From a virus (lineage: Duplodnaviria > Caudoviricetes), in IMG/VR virus record IMGVR_UViG_3300045919_000097, positions 900-64,899 of that record: DNA of 64,000 nucleotides, one strand, 5' to 3'. A program made the position numbers and the translations under genes. This document shows positions 63,988 to 64,000 of the stretch, piece by piece. The notes under the pieces are model-generated. The model saw only the letters and a list, made by a program, of their open reading frames with translations. It made no database searches and had not been told where the DNA came from. Position 1 is the first letter of the stretch. Every line of letters starts with the position of its first letter.

Positions 63988-64000
63988 GGTTTGGTCCTCA

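Noticed and set aside
1-64000. CRISPR array, integrase/repressor, transposase, rRNA
   Set aside because: No regularly spaced identical repeats or diagnostic motifs seen by eye; the Cas4-like gene sits in a replication context

Overview
The window is a complete or nearly complete ~64 kb dsDNA tailed-phage genome. It looks podovirus-like and probably lytic (no integrase or repressor recognised); a Gram-negative host is inferred from the i-/o-spanin pair and sigma70-type promoters. The + strand (3.1-44.0 kb) is the late arm: TerS/TerL, two polyvalent-type cargo proteins (ART-like; InPase+PcfJ-like), portal, GroES-like protein, scaffold, major capsid protein, adaptor and nozzle proteins, a modular tail fibre, a gp38-like adhesin with a cupin/2OG-Fe(II) oxygenase cassette, a lysis cassette and ejection proteins including a lytic transglycosylase. 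The - strand (64.0-43.9 kb, plus 2.8-0.1 kb) is the early/replication arm: small proteins behind six near-identical promoters, DNA ligase, SSB-like protein, family A DNA polymerase, Cas4-like, DEDD and VRR-NUC nucleases, SNF2 helicase and primase-helicase. It also carries an unusual operon: Lys-rich histone-like protein, SAM methyltransferase, MazG-like pyrophosphatase, Nmad1/DUF1599 protein, thymidylate-synthase homologue with the dCMP-type Asp, dCMP deaminase and an HDAC-family deacylase. The most notable signals are that operon, a recurring [FYMKR]-[AK]-x-G-G tag at domain boundaries of predicted internal virion proteins, a stand-alone PolA O-helix fragment, and several structured intergenic RNAs. 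All family calls come from motif recognition by eye; no database searches were run.
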